From: Rickettsiales bacterium
Lineage (GTDB): Bacteria; Pseudomonadota; Alphaproteobacteria; Rickettsiales; UBA3002
DNA length: 64,000 bases
NCBI GenBank assembly: GCA_037968615.1
Contig: JBBKVX010000083.1
Location: 31,634 to 95,633, forward strand
Direction of reading: 5' to 3'
The stretch's first letter is position 1. Every line of letters begins with the position of its first letter. Both the position numbers and the translations under genes were made by a program. Positions 19,376 through 30,125 of the stretch are shown here, piece after piece. The notes beneath the pieces were generated by a model that saw only the letters and a program-made list of their open reading frames with translations, was not told the origin of the DNA and made no database searches.

Positions 19376-20527
19376 ATGCCCATGTTCAAATCCGTTCGCC
19401 AGTTTATAAGCCATGATTCCGGAAGCATGCCGGCCACCGTTACGCCGCCTGCGGTGCCGTTGCGCCGCACGACGTTGCCACTGCACCTGTTGAAGGTCGG
19501 CAACGCAGTGATGTTTGCAGAATCCTGTCCGCTGCCGCAACTGCGTGCGCGCAAATGCGCGGTGCGCTCCGTGCGCACCTGCCGCTTCGGCAACGAGCTG
19601 GTGAAGAGTTACCAGTTGATCGTTGAGGGAGCTGAAGAATTCTCGCTGGCAATCGCCGAAGATGTGGACGGCCACTACCTCGCCATTTCGCGCCAGCTCG
19701 ATGAGAAAGAACAAGACGCATGGTTCGGCCGCGACGCGCTGAGTTTCTTCACCGAGCCTTCCACCGCAAAAACCATCCGCTGCAAGATCGATCGGGTGAT
19801 CGAAGCCGCTTGGGCGGGCGAGCGCTACGCTAAGATCGTCGATTGGGTGCCCGGCGCATTGGTGGGTGCAGGCAAAGCGGAAAGCGCGTTCCATTATAAT
19901 TTGCTGGTGAACGATACCGGTGAGAAAGCGCTTGAGATCGAGCATTATGATTTGGTCGACCACACCAATATGTACGTCACGGTGTACCGCCCCATCGAGG
20001 ACATCCTCACCATCGCTGAAGCGATTCCGAACATTCCTGCGCCGCAGGTGAACCGCCGTGCGCCGGAGCCCGAACCCGAGCCGGTCGTCACCCGCATTCC
20101 ACCGCGCCCGGATTTCCGTCGCGCCAGCGAAGAAGCCATTCATATCGCACCCACCGCGGTGGCGATGCCCGAGCCCGTGGCCACCCGCAACGAAGCGCCA
20201 CTGCCCAGCTTCCTGATGTCTCGCGAGAACGAGCAGTATATCTCGCTCGACGAAGTGATTCCGCCGGAGCCGGAACGCGTTCGTTGCAGCACCCGCGCGG
20301 CCAAAGCGTTGATCGATGTGTCGCTGGAACGCGGCGTGCGCGTGCGCGATGTGCTGCGTGATTTGCTGGGCCTTGAATCCGCCATGTCGGAAGAAGTTAT
20401 TTTCGAGCTGCCGCTCACCGAAAAAGATTACCGCGTGCTGGCCCAGCGCTACAAAATTCGCGTCGATCACCGCGACGAAATCCGCACGCGCCTGCAAGAA
20501 GAATTGCGCCGCAAGCTTTTCAGCTAG
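19376..20527 (+). CDS. Hypothetical protein, 383 aa (beta-rich N-domain, Pro-rich linker, small helical C-domain)
   Basis: Codon usage like the housekeeping genes. Fills the gap between smpB and addB. No family confidently recognised. Confidence 0.75.
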   Translation: MPMFKSVRQFISHDSGSMPATVTPPAVPLRRTTLPLHLLKVGNAVMFAESCPLPQLRARKCAVRSVRTCRFGNELVKSYQLIVEGAEEFSLAIAEDVDGHYLAISRQLDEKEQDAWFGRDALSFFTEPSTAKTIRCKIDRVIEAAWAGERYAKIVDWVPGALVGAGKAESAFHYNLLVNDTGEKALEIEHYDLVDHTNMYVTVYRPIEDILTIAEAIPNIPAPQVNRRAPEPEPEPVVTRIPPRPDFRRASEEAIHIAPTAVAMPEPVATRNEAPLPSFLMSRENEQYISLDEVIPPEPERVRCSTRAAKALIDVSLERGVRVRDVLRDLLGLESAMSEEVIFELPLTEKDYRVLAQRYKIRVDHRDEIRTRLQEELRRKLFS

Positions 20528-20558
20528 ACGCGGCGCTTAGCGGTTCTATGCTTCCCGC

Positions 20559-23354
20559 ATGAACATTTTCACCATCCTCCCCGGCCAGCCCATGGCCCAG
20601 ATTGCCGCGCGCCATGTGTTGGCCACGCTGGGCGATAGGCTATCGGAAGCGGTGCTGCTGATGCCCACGCGCCGGGCCTGCACGCTGATGCGTATGGCGC
20701 TGATCGCTGAGCTGGGGGGCAAAACCATTCTGCTTCCGCGCATCCTGCCAGTGGGCGATCTGGAGCAGGAAATGCCCGGTCTGCTGCCGCCCGCCTATAT
20801 TGAAAAGCTGGCCAGCCTGCCGCCTGCGATGCCAGAATGGAAGCGCATCGGGTTGCTTATGCGGCAGGTGATGGCTTACCAGAATCGCCAGTTGGGAGAG
20901 GCGTCGTTCACCCACGCGCTGGGTCTCGCCACCGACCTCGCCGGGCTGCAAGACCAGTTCGCACGTGGCGGTGCTGAATTGAGTATGGAGCAACTCCGCA
21001 CGCTCGATATCCCGGCCAGTTACGCCGAACATTGGGAAGCCTCGCTCAAATTCCTCGCCATCGTGGCCTCGCTTTGGCCCGATTTGGAACGCGAGGAGGG
21101 CAGCGTTACCTCTAGCGCACGGCAGATGCAATTGCTCGGCCTACTCGCCGAAGCGTGGGAAGCCGCGCCGCCCAGCATGCCGGTCATCGCCATCGGCTCC
21201 ACCGCCAGCCAACCCGTCACTGCGCGGCTGCTACGCGCCATCGCCGCTGCGCCACATGGCGAAATTATTCTGCCCGGTCTCGACCCGCGCCTCGCGCCAT
21301 CGCGCTGGGAATGTGTGGCGGCGGGGCATCCGCTGTTCCATATCAAAGCGCTGCTCGATGGTTGGGGCATGGCGCCCGCCGAGGTAGCGTTGCTGGGCGA
21401 AGAAGCGCCCGAAAGCATTTGGTTGAACGCACTGGCTTGCAGCGACGAAGTGGTGCATTGGCGCGACCACCCACCCGCATCGCACGCGCATATGACGCTG
21501 CTGCCCTGCACCCATGGCGAAGAGGAGGCGCGCGTGCTTGCACTGCTCATCCGCGAAGGGCTGGACGCGGACAAACGCATCGCGCTGGTGACGCCGGACG
21601 AAGGGCTGATGCAGCGCGTGGGCGCGCATTTGGCGCGTTACGGCCTCGCACCTGACCGATTGAAACAAGGCACGTTGGCCAGCACCGAAACGGGCAGCCT
21701 GTGGCTTTCCATGCTGCAGTACATCGCCGCGCCTACGCGCGTGTTGCCGTTGCTGGCCCTGCTGCGCCACCCGCTGCTAGAGCCACGCTGGGGCGAATGG
21801 CTGACGCACGCGGAGCCCGCGTTCCGTGGCCTCGTGCGCCATATGCCGGGACAATTGCCGCGCCTGTCGCCCGAACTGCGCGACGCGACGGAGTATGCGC
21901 AAGCATCCGGCCTCGCACGCGGCCTTAGCGCCTTGGCGCGCCGCCGTTTCCTTGCTTCGGAATGGATCGAACATCTCGCGGCCCTCGCTGCCATGGAAGG
22001 CGGCGAGGGGGCGGAAGCAGTGGGCGAGGCGCTGGAAAGCCTGCGCCACGCCGACATATTGGGCGAGCTCGACAGCGATGGCTTCGCCGCCTTGCTCAAT
22101 GAGGCGCTGGCCGATGCATGGCGCGGTGGCATCCACGACGCTTATCCCGGCATCACGATGCTGACGCCCGTGGAGGCGCGTTTGCAAAGTTTCGACCGCA
22201 TTTTGCTGGCCAACATGCAAGACCAGCTCTGGCCGGGGCTGGCCAATACCAGTGCGTGGCTGAACCTTGCGCAGCAGCAGGCGCTGGGTCTGCCCGCGCC
22301 AGAAGAACATACCAGCCTGATGGCGCATGATATCCTGATGCTCGGCAGCAACGCCGAAATTTTCCTCAGCTACCCCACGCGTGACCAAGGCAGCCCCACC
22401 ACCCGCTCGCGGTTCATTGAACGGGTGCTCGCTTATTTGGCAGTGCATGGGGTGGAGGAGGAGGCGTTGCACGCGCCGCATTACCTGCAATGGGCCAGCG
22501 AACTTTATGCCGCGGAACAGTACGTGCCCGCGCTCGCGCCCGAGCCAAAACCCGTCGCCGCGCGCCGCCCTAAAACCATGGCCGTGAGCGCGCTCGATCG
22601 GCTGACAAACGATCCGTATTGGCTCTATGCGCGCTACGTGTTGGGGCTGAAGGAGCTCGACGCCATCGACGCCGAACCGGAAGCGCGCGAGCTGGGCATC
22701 CTCGTGCATGAGGCGATGCGCATGCTGACGCTGCATTGGAACAGCGCGCAGCGCGAAGCGACGCCTGATGAGCTGGAAACCATTCTGCGCAGTGCGCTTG
22801 CACCGTTCGAGGCGCGGCCCGAGGCGCGGCTGTTCTGGCAGCATCGGCTGCAACGCGCGCTGGAATTCGTGAACGAAAAAGAAACAGATCGCCGCCGCAC
22901 CAGCCCGCAGGTGGAGCCGGAGAAAACATTGAAACACACGCTCGATTTCGGCGACAGCGCCCTCACGCTGCAAGGCCGCATCGACCGGCTGGAATCCGGG
23001 CCAGATGGTGTACGCATCGGCGATTACAAAACCGGGGAAGCGCCCAAAGAAAAAAACATCCGCGACGGGCAGGCGATGCAATTGCTGGCCTACGCGCTGC
23101 TATTGGAAATCGACGGCGAACAAGTCGCGGGACTCGACTACTGGGAACTCCCCGCCGGACGCCGCGCGGGCGGGCTGAACTCCATGGAAGGCAGCGACCT
23201 GCATGAGCAGGAGTTGCTGGCCAAACTGCATGAAACCCTCAGCATCTTCATGGACCCCGCCACCGCGCTGCTGGCCAAACCCATCAGTGGCAGCGCCGAG
23301 CGCTACACGAATCCGTATGATGGCATCAGCCGCTACGACGAATGGGCGGGATAA
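20559..23354 (+). CDS. addB: Double-strand break repair protein AddB (PD-(D/E)xK nuclease)
   Basis: LLMPTRRA, ILLPRILPVGD, VSALDRLTNDPYWLYARYVLGL, LQGRIDRLE...IGDYKTG and alphaproteobacterial C-terminus YDGISRYDEW. Confidence 0.9.
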   Translation: MNIFTILPGQPMAQIAARHVLATLGDRLSEAVLLMPTRRACTLMRMALIAELGGKTILLPRILPVGDLEQEMPGLLPPAYIEKLASLPPAMPEWKRIGLLMRQVMAYQNRQLGEASFTHALGLATDLAGLQDQFARGGAELSMEQLRTLDIPASYAEHWEASLKFLAIVASLWPDLEREEGSVTSSARQMQLLGLLAEAWEAAPPSMPVIAIGSTASQPVTARLLRAIAAAPHGEIILPGLDPRLAPSRWECVAAGHPLFHIKALLDGWGMAPAEVALLGEEAPESIWLNALACSDEVVHWRDHPPASHAHMTLLPCTHGEEEARVLALLIREGLDADKRIALVTPDEGLMQRVGAHLARYGLAPDRLKQGTLASTETGSLWLSMLQYIAAPTRVLPLLALLRHPLLEPRWGEWLTHAEPAFRGLVRHMPGQLPRLSPELRDATEYAQASGLARGLSALARRRFLASEWIEHLAALAAMEGGEGAEAVGEALESLRHADILGELDSDGFAALLNEALADAWRGGIHDAYPGITMLTPVEARLQSFDRILLANMQDQLWPGLANTSAWLNLAQQQALGLPAPEEHTSLMAHDILMLGSNAEIFLSYPTRDQGSPTTRSRFIERVLAYLAVHGVEEEALHAPHYLQWASELYAAEQYVPALAPEPKPVAARRPKTMAVSALDRLTNDPYWLYARYVLGLKELDAIDAEPEARELGILVHEAMRMLTLHWNSAQREATPDELETILRSALAPFEARPEARLFWQHRLQRALEFVNEKETDRRRTSPQVEPEKTLKHTLDFGDSALTLQGRIDRLESGPDGVRIGDYKTGEAPKEKNIRDGQAMQLLAYALLLEIDGEQVAGLDYWELPAGRRAGGLNSMEGSDLHEQELLAKLHETLSIFMDPATALLAKPISGSAERYTNPYDGISRYDEWAG

Positions 23355-24110
23355 TTAAAAATAACGGCAGAACCAGGTAGCCAACATGGTGGCGACGAAC
23401 TGGGCGTGTTCTTTGCCGCGCAGTAGGTGGTCGGCTTTGTCGAGGGAGATGAAGCTTTTTGGATGCTTGGCGGCCGCGAAAATCTGGGCGGCGTTCTCGA
23501 TGCCAACCACGGCGTCGGTGGGGGAGTGGAATACCATCAGCGGGCGATGAAGGTTGGCGATGGCGTCGGCGAGTTTGTGGCTGGCCACGTCCTCGACGAA
23601 CTGCTTGCGGATACGGAACGGGTGGCCGCCCACTTTGATTTCTGCTTCGCCGTTGGCTTCGATCTCGGCATGGATGCCGGGGAAATGGTTCAGCACATGT
23701 TCGGGCTCACTCGGGGCCGCGATGGTGGCGACCGCTTTCACTGACGGCAACTTATGCGCTGCAGCCAACACCGCAGCGCCACCGAACGAATGGCCGAGCA
23801 GAAGTGCCGGAGCCTGATGATGTTCGGCCAGCCACTCGGAAGCTTTCAACAAGTCGTCGATGTTGGAACTGAAATTGGTGTTCGAGAAATCGCCCTCGCT
23901 GTTGCCAAGCCCGGTGAAGTCGAACCGCAGCACAGCGATGCCATGCTCCGTCAGCCCCGAGCTGATTTGCGAGGTGATGTGGTAGTCCTTGGTGCAGGTG
24001 AAGCAATGGGCAAACAGGGCATAGGCACGCGGCGCGCCATCGGGCAAATCCAGCTTCGCGGCAAGCAGGCTACCGTGCGAGCCCATGAATTCCGCGCGCT
24101 CGCTCCGCAT
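23355..24110 (-). CDS. Alpha/beta hydrolase (type usually fused to OsmC; no OsmC domain here)
   Basis: AYALFAHCFTCTKD, LRFDFTGLGNSEGDF, GHSFGGAA, FHSPTD and KSFISLDKADHLL. Confidence 0.9.
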   Translation of the reverse strand: MRSERAEFMGSHGSLLAAKLDLPDGAPRAYALFAHCFTCTKDYHITSQISSGLTEHGIAVLRFDFTGLGNSEGDFSNTNFSSNIDDLLKASEWLAEHHQAPALLLGHSFGGAAVLAAAHKLPSVKAVATIAAPSEPEHVLNHFPGIHAEIEANGEAEIKVGGHPFRIRKQFVEDVASHKLADAIANLHRPLMVFHSPTDAVVGIENAAQIFAAAKHPKSFISLDKADHLLRGKEHAQFVATMLATWFCRYF

Positions 24111-24114
24111 GATT

Positions 24115-24471
24115 CTACTGGCTGTCCTCGGCCTTCATCGCGGCGATCTTTTTATCGATCTCGGCGAGGGGGTCGATGGGCTGGAAGAAGGTGCTGGGAT
24201 CGGCGCCGTACATTTCGGCTACTTTCATGGTCACATCCTCGGGAGGGGTTTGCCCCTCGGCCGAAACGATGACCTCACCGTAAGCGTCGAAATTATATAA
24301 ATCGATTTGCCCAGCGGCTTCCGATGCCTTGAACGACTCGAACTGCGAAGGCTTCACCGCCACGTAGCACCAGAACGGGCCGCCATGTTCCATCTGCCCA
24401 TAGAGCAGCATGATGACCCGGCTTAGATTGTCCGGTGCGTATTTGTCATCCATCGGTTCGTTCATTCGCAA
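24115..24471 (-). CDS. Hypothetical acidic protein
   Basis: Co-oriented and tightly packed between acnA and the hydrolase, with typical codon usage. Confidence 0.7.
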   Translation of the reverse strand: MRMNEPMDDKYAPDNLSRVIMLLYGQMEHGGPFWCYVAVKPSQFESFKASEAAGQIDLYNFDAYGEVIVSAEGQTPPEDVTMKVAEMYGADPSTFFQPIDPLAEIDKKIAAMKAEDSQ

Positions 24472-24476
24472 GCTCC

Positions 24477-27182
24477 TTAGGCGGCTTTCGCGGTTGCCGT
24501 CCCCATGATCTGTCTTATCACATACTGCATGATGCCACCATGTCTATAATATTCAAGCTCTTCGGTGGTATCAATGCGACAAAGCAACTGGATTGTTTCT
24601 TTTGTGCCATCCGCCCGCACGATGGTGGCCGCCAGCTCTTTGCGCGGGGTGAGATGGCTGGAAATGCCCTCGATGGTCACGACCTCGTCACCCGTAAGGC
24701 CCAGCGACTGGCGCGTGGCACCACCCGTGAACATCAGAGGCAACACGCCCATACCCACCAGATTCGAGCGGTGAATGCGCTCGAAGCTCTCGGCGATCAC
24801 GGCCTTCACGCCCAGAAGCATGGTGCCTTTGGCCGCCCAATCGCGGCTGGAACCGGTGCCATACTCTTTGCCCGCGAAGATGACCAGCGGCGTGCCCTGC
24901 GTTTTGTAGCGCATGGCCGCATCGTAGATCGGCATCTCCTCGTTCGAGGGCACGTATTTGGTCATGCCACCCTCAACGCCTTCCAGCATCTCGTTCTTGA
25001 TGCGCACGTTGGCGAAGGTGCCGCGCATCATCACTTCGTGGTTGCCGCGACGGGCCCCGTACGAGTTGAAGTCGGCCGCGATGACATTGTGTTCTGTCAG
25101 GTACTGTGCGGCAGGCGAGGTGCGGGCGATATTGCCAGCGGGCGAGATGTGATCGGTGGTGATCGAATCGCCGAGGATGGCCAGCACACGCGCGCCAGAA
25201 ATGTCAGTCAATCCGCCTTGTACGGTTTTGGTCATGCCCGCGAAATAGGGAGGATTGGCCACGTAGGTGGAGTCGGCGTTCCAGTCGTAGGTCATGCCTT
25301 CGGCCACTGGAATGCTCTGCCATTCTTTCTCGCCACGGAACACATCGGCGTATTTCGACAGGAACATCTCGCGGGTCACGATTTTGTTCACCGTGTCGGA
25401 TACTTCCTTGGTCGTCGGCCAGATGTCTTTCAGGTAGACGGGTTGGCCATCTTTACCCGTGCCGATGGCTTCCTTCGTAATGTCGATCTCCATCGACCCG
25501 GCGATGGCGTAAGCCACCACGAGCGGCGGGGAAGCGAGGTAGTTGGCGCGCACCAGCGGATGCACGCGGCCCTCGAAGTTGCGGTTGCCCGAAAGCACCG
25601 ACGCCACCACGAGGTTGTTGTCCTTGATGGCTTTCTCAATGTTCTCGTGCAGCGGACCGGAATTGCCGATGCAGGTGGTGCAGCCGTAGCCCACGAGGTT
25701 GAAGCCCAGCGCGTCGAGCGCGGTGTCGAGGCCTGCGCGATGCAGGTATTCCGTCACCACTTTCGAGCCGGGGGCGAGGGAGGTCTTGACCCACGGCTTG
25801 GCTTTCAGGCCCAGCGCGTGCGCCTTTTGGGCGACGAGGCCAGCAGCCATCATCACGTAAGGGTTCGAAGTGTTGGTGCAGCTGGTGATGGCGGCGATGG
25901 TGACCGCACCATGTTTCAGCGTGAAATCGGCGCCTTCCACGGGCACTTCCATGCCGGCGGCCAGCTTGCCTGCGTTCAGTTTCGGCAACTCGTTGGCGAA
26001 ACCTTCTTTGGCGCGGCTCAGCCCTACACGATCCTGCGGACGTTTGGGGCCAGCGAGTGAGGGCTCAACCGTGCCCATGTCCAATTCCAACGTGTCGGTG
26101 AACACCGGCTCTTTGTAATTCTCGTCGCGCCACATGCCTTGCATTTTGGCGTACGCTTCGACCAGCGCGATGGTCTCTTCGTCGCGGCCGCTGATGTTCA
26201 GGTAGTTGATGGTCTCGGCATCGATCGGGAAGATGCCGCACGTAGCGCCGTATTCCGGGGCCATGTTGGCGATGGTCGCGCGGTCGGCGAGGGGCAGGTG
26301 GCCGATGCCTTCACCATAGAACTCGACGAATTTACCTACCACGCCTTTGGCGCGCAGCATTTGCGTCACCGTCAGCACCAGATCGGTGGCGGTGGTGCCT
26401 TCCGGCATTTTACCGGTGAGTTTGAACCCGATCACTTCGGGGATGAGCATGGAGACCGGCTGGCCAAGCATGGCAGCTTCCGCCTCGATGCCGCCCACAC
26501 CCCAGCCCAGCACGCCGAGGCCGTTCACCATGGTGGTGTGCGAATCGGTGCCGACGAGCGTGTCGGGGTAAGCTACGGTTTCGCCGTTCTCAGTTTTTGT
26601 CCAGACCACTTTGGCGAGGAACTCAAGGTTCACCTGGTGACAGATGCCGGTGCCCGGGGGAACCACGCGGAAATTGTCGAACGCTTTTTGGCCCCAACGC
26701 AGGAACTCGTAGCGTTCCATGTTGCGCTCCATCTCCAGCGCTACGTTGCTTTCGAACGCACCATCGGTGCCGTATTTGTCTACCATCACCGAGTGATCGA
26801 TGACCAGATCAACTGGCGAGAGCGGGTTGATCTTTTGCGCTTCGGCGCCAAGGTTCGATACAGCATCGCGCATGGCCGCCAAATCGACCACGGCGGGTAC
26901 GCCAGTGAAATCCTGCATCAGCACGCGGGCAGGGCGGTAGGCGATGTCGCGCGGCTCGTTCTTGGTCTTCAGCCAGCTGCCGAACGCTTCGATGTCGTCG
27001 CTCTTCACCGTCACGCCATCTTCAAAGCGCAGCAGGTTCTCGAGAAGGATTTTGAGCGAGAAGGGCAAGCGCGCGAAATCGACGCCAAGCGCTTTGCCAG
27101 CGTTGGGGATGGAATAGGCGGTGTAGCTTTTGCTGCCGACGGTGAGGGAGGTTTTGCTGGTGAAGCTGTTATGCGAGGCCAT
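24477..27182 (-). CDS. acnA: Aconitate hydratase A
   Basis: [50 protein letters not shown] and TTDHISPAG. Confidence 0.99.
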   Translation of the reverse strand: MASHNSFTSKTSLTVGSKSYTAYSIPNAGKALGVDFARLPFSLKILLENLLRFEDGVTVKSDDIEAFGSWLKTKNEPRDIAYRPARVLMQDFTGVPAVVDLAAMRDAVSNLGAEAQKINPLSPVDLVIDHSVMVDKYGTDGAFESNVALEMERNMERYEFLRWGQKAFDNFRVVPPGTGICHQVNLEFLAKVVWTKTENGETVAYPDTLVGTDSHTTMVNGLGVLGWGVGGIEAEAAMLGQPVSMLIPEVIGFKLTGKMPEGTTATDLVLTVTQMLRAKGVVGKFVEFYGEGIGHLPLADRATIANMAPEYGATCGIFPIDAETINYLNISGRDEETIALVEAYAKMQGMWRDENYKEPVFTDTLELDMGTVEPSLAGPKRPQDRVGLSRAKEGFANELPKLNAGKLAAGMEVPVEGADFTLKHGAVTIAAITSCTNTSNPYVMMAAGLVAQKAHALGLKAKPWVKTSLAPGSKVVTEYLHRAGLDTALDALGFNLVGYGCTTCIGNSGPLHENIEKAIKDNNLVVASVLSGNRNFEGRVHPLVRANYLASPPLVVAYAIAGSMEIDITKEAIGTGKDGQPVYLKDIWPTTKEVSDTVNKIVTREMFLSKYADVFRGEKEWQSIPVAEGMTYDWNADSTYVANPPYFAGMTKTVQGGLTDISGARVLAILGDSITTDHISPAGNIARTSPAAQYLTEHNVIAADFNSYGARRGNHEVMMRGTFANVRIKNEMLEGVEGGMTKYVPSNEEMPIYDAAMRYKTQGTPLVIFAGKEYGTGSSRDWAAKGTMLLGVKAVIAESFERIHRSNLVGMGVLPLMFTGGATRQSLGLTGDEVVTIEGISSHLTPRKELAATIVRADGTKETIQLLCRIDTTEELEYYRHGGIMQYVIRQIMGTATAKAA

Positions 27183-27313
27183 TATCTAGTATCCCATCTG
27201 TGTATCGTGTTATTATATTGAATCGTTGCCCGTACGTTCCAAATCCCTTAGGCAAGGCGCAATATAAACCTTCGCGCGCGCAGTATAAAGAGTGCTTTTT
27301 TTGGACATCGTGG

Positions 27314-27946
27314 ATGAATAGTAACAGTCTTGAGCTTAAGAGCCTGCAAGTGGCCCGCGACGGGCAGGTGCTGGTGCACGAGCTCACCTACCGTTTAAGC
27401 GGCGGCGACCTGCTCATCGTGAAGGGCAAGAATGGTTCGGGTAAATCGACGCTGCTAAAAACCATCGCCGGGCTTTTGCCTGCCGCCATGGGGGAAATCC
27501 ACATCAACGATCACCTGCTCACCAATGACTCCCAACCGCGTCCTCTTTATATGGGCCATAAGCGGGGTTTGAACCTGGGGCTTTCTGTGGCCGACAATGT
27601 GCGCCTATGGGCCGCCGCCACCGACAATATGGAACTCTATGCCGCCGCCTTGCATTATTTCGACCTTGAGGGGTTGGAGGAAGTTCCGCTGCACACATTG
27701 TCCGCCGGATGGCAACAGCGCGTAGCGCTTACGCGACTCATCACGATGCCAGCATTGGTTTGGCTGCTCGACGAACCCACCGCCAACTTAGACCAAGAGG
27801 GCATGCAACTGCTGCACAACCTTATCCAAACCCGTATTGAGCAGAACGGCATCATCCTAATGACCAGCCATGCCGATATTCAGGGAGAAGGGTTTAAAAC
27901 ACTTAATATTAGTGAGTTAGTTGGTGAAGCTGAGGTGGTGCACTGA
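27314..27946 (+). CDS. ccmA: Heme ABC exporter ATP-binding protein CcmA
   Basis: GKNGSGKSTLL, LSAGWQQRVALTRL and WLLDEPTANLD. Divergent from acnA. Start set at MNSNS. Confidence 0.9.
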   Translation: MNSNSLELKSLQVARDGQVLVHELTYRLSGGDLLIVKGKNGSGKSTLLKTIAGLLPAAMGEIHINDHLLTNDSQPRPLYMGHKRGLNLGLSVADNVRLWAAATDNMELYAAALHYFDLEGLEEVPLHTLSAGWQQRVALTRLITMPALVWLLDEPTANLDQEGMQLLHNLIQTRIEQNGIILMTSHADIQGEGFKTLNISELVGEAEVVH

Positions 27947-28593
27947 TGTTACAGATACTGTCTCAAGATCTAAAGTATTACATTAAGAATGCCCATGAAC
28001 TTGTTTATTTATATGGGTTTTTTGCTCTATTAATCGTGATAGTTCCCATGGGCTTACGCCAGCAACTTCATCTTCTACCAGAACTTGCACCAGTGATGTT
28101 GTGGATTGCCCTGACAGCCAGCATGGGCTTGGGCGCCTTAAGCTTATTCCAGCGTGACGCCGAAAGCGGCGTGCTTGAGCTGTACCAACAATTACCGTTC
28201 GGCCTGGGCCAGGCCGTGCTTGGTAAATGGCTGGCATTTTACCTCGCCAATGCAATGCCGCTCGTCATTTCCACACCCTTATTGCTTGCCCTGTATGGCC
28301 TGCCCATGGAGCTCAGCTTGCATTATATAGTTGGCGCGGCGGCCGGAGCAGGGGCTTTGTCGCTGCTTAGCGCACTGGCGGCGAGCATTACGGTTGGTTT
28401 GGAGCGTGCGAGGGCAGTGGTTTTGCTGGTCTTAATGCCGTTATCAGTGCCGGTGATCATTTTCGGTAGTGACTACATGCGCCACACAGACGCGCTGTGG
28501 CAACCACAGCTGATGTTTCTGCTTGCCTTGAGTGTTTTCCTGATGCCATTACTGTATTTGGCCGGAGCAAGCTGCATCCGCGCCAGCAATTAA
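27946..28593 (+). CDS. ccmB: Heme exporter permease CcmB
   Basis: 6-TM protein after ccmA with LFQRDAESGVLE, KWLAFYL and LLVLLMPLSVPVIIFG. Confidence 0.85.
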   Translation: MLQILSQDLKYYIKNAHELVYLYGFFALLIVIVPMGLRQQLHLLPELAPVMLWIALTASMGLGALSLFQRDAESGVLELYQQLPFGLGQAVLGKWLAFYLANAMPLVISTPLLLALYGLPMELSLHYIVGAAAGAGALSLLSALAASITVGLERARAVVLLVLMPLSVPVIIFGSDYMRHTDALWQPQLMFLLALSVFLMPLLYLAGASCIRASN

Positions 28594-28646
28594 TAGGTTG
28601 ATAATATTCATTATAACCACATCCACAATGTCATATAATATGTATT

Positions 28647-30125
28647 ATGGAAAATATTGACCCCGTAATGGAGACTGCCGCCGAGAAGATGGCTAAGGCA
28701 TGCAAGGCTGGTAAATGGGATCGCTGCCAAGCGCTCGTGCCATCTTTGGCGTTAGAAGATGCCTTGGCCGCCCGTTATTGGCAGCTGCGTCTAGACGATC
28801 GCCGGTTACGTCGGCCGCTGGTCGATGAATGGCGCGCACTTTTGGCCGATTGCTGCGGCACGAACGCGCCATATGGTTTCGATGTGTTCGCTAATTATCT
28901 CGATGCTCTGGTGAAATTTGGCGATGTGGCAAGCGTCAGTCGTCTTTGGCCGCTCTATCGTTCGGAATACGCACGCCCCAGCCCGACCCTGGCAGTGAAC
29001 GGTGTCGCCGCACTGCTGATCGATGCGGGACGATATGAGGAATGTTTGAAATTTCTCGATGACACCGAAGCGCTCCAACCTGATGAATTATCAAGAAAAA
29101 CCAGTCAGTTACGGTGCTTTTCATATCGGTATCTCTGTCGTCAGGCGCTGGGCCGACTCAACAAATCTGCGACAGAAAACCCTATCTCCGATGGACTTGC
29201 AGAGGCATTGGCAGCCATCGAACTGCCCATCATGCGCCAGCCGGTGGTGGAGGCATTCCATGCCTGCTGGCGTGCCATTCGCGCGTCGGCGAGAAGAATT
29301 TTATCGGATATTCGCTTTAATCATGGCCAGGCCGAAGCGCTTCGGCACACGGTGCATCGTGCGCTGGTGGGCAAACACCCCTTCTCCCTCATTCGTATCG
29401 GCGATGCGGAGAGTTACGGGCTGCGCGATCTGGCCCCAGAAGCCTATGCCGGCTTAGGCAAAGAACCGGACATCGCCTGGTGGAATAAACGCCTCGACGA
29501 GCCCAAGCGCGCCACTCTTGGTGTGGGGTTCCTAGAAAGCCTGCGCACAGCGGATGCGATAGGCTTCCCGGGCACCCTGCGCCTTGTGCTTTCGCTGGAA
29601 CCCGGCAGCGAGGGCAAGTTGAGCACCAAGGAGCGCCGGGTGATCGTGCTCTGCGAAGCCGTACGCAAGCTTTTGGAAACGGGTGGTATTCGCCAAAACA
29701 TTCTTTGGGCAGAGGAATTCTGTAGCATCTCCTTGGCGGAGCCTGAATATATGGCGTCTCTTTTTGCGGCGGCGCGCAATGTGGTACTGGTCAGCTGCTT
29801 CGATATTCCCGACGGGCATCTGTTCAAGCACCCGAAACTAACCCACATCGCTGTTCCGCCTCAGGAACGGGTGCTGGGTTTCTGCCCGAACCGCTTCAAC
29901 GGCGCCCTTCTGCCCGACATGATCGAGGAGATCGCGGCCAGCGTACAGGCGCAGTGCGGGCCCGGAACCTTGCTGTTGGTGAGCGCCGGTTATGCAGGCA
30001 AGCTATTGATCGGGGTCGGAAAACAAGCGGGTGCGGTAGCCATTGATTTTGGTTCGGCCCTTGATAAAATGCTGGGGCACCATACCCGCGATTTCGGCTT
30101 CCACACACAGCTAGGCTGCCCATGA
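28647..30125 (+). CDS. TPR-like N-terminus plus GT-D-fold (DUF1792-like) putative glycosyltransferase
   Basis: FSLIRIGDAE (cf. SxxRxGDGE) and C-terminal LLVSAGYAGKLL...GAVAIDFGSALD. Helical repeat-like N-terminal half. Confidence 0.65.
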   Translation: MENIDPVMETAAEKMAKACKAGKWDRCQALVPSLALEDALAARYWQLRLDDRRLRRPLVDEWRALLADCCGTNAPYGFDVFANYLDALVKFGDVASVSRLWPLYRSEYARPSPTLAVNGVAALLIDAGRYEECLKFLDDTEALQPDELSRKTSQLRCFSYRYLCRQALGRLNKSATENPISDGLAEALAAIELPIMRQPVVEAFHACWRAIRASARRILSDIRFNHGQAEALRHTVHRALVGKHPFSLIRIGDAESYGLRDLAPEAYAGLGKEPDIAWWNKRLDEPKRATLGVGFLESLRTADAIGFPGTLRLVLSLEPGSEGKLSTKERRVIVLCEAVRKLLETGGIRQNILWAEEFCSISLAEPEYMASLFAAARNVVLVSCFDIPDGHLFKHPKLTHIAVPPQERVLGFCPNRFNGALLPDMIEEIAASVQAQCGPGTLLLVSAGYAGKLLIGVGKQAGAVAIDFGSALDKMLGHHTRDFGFHTQLGCP

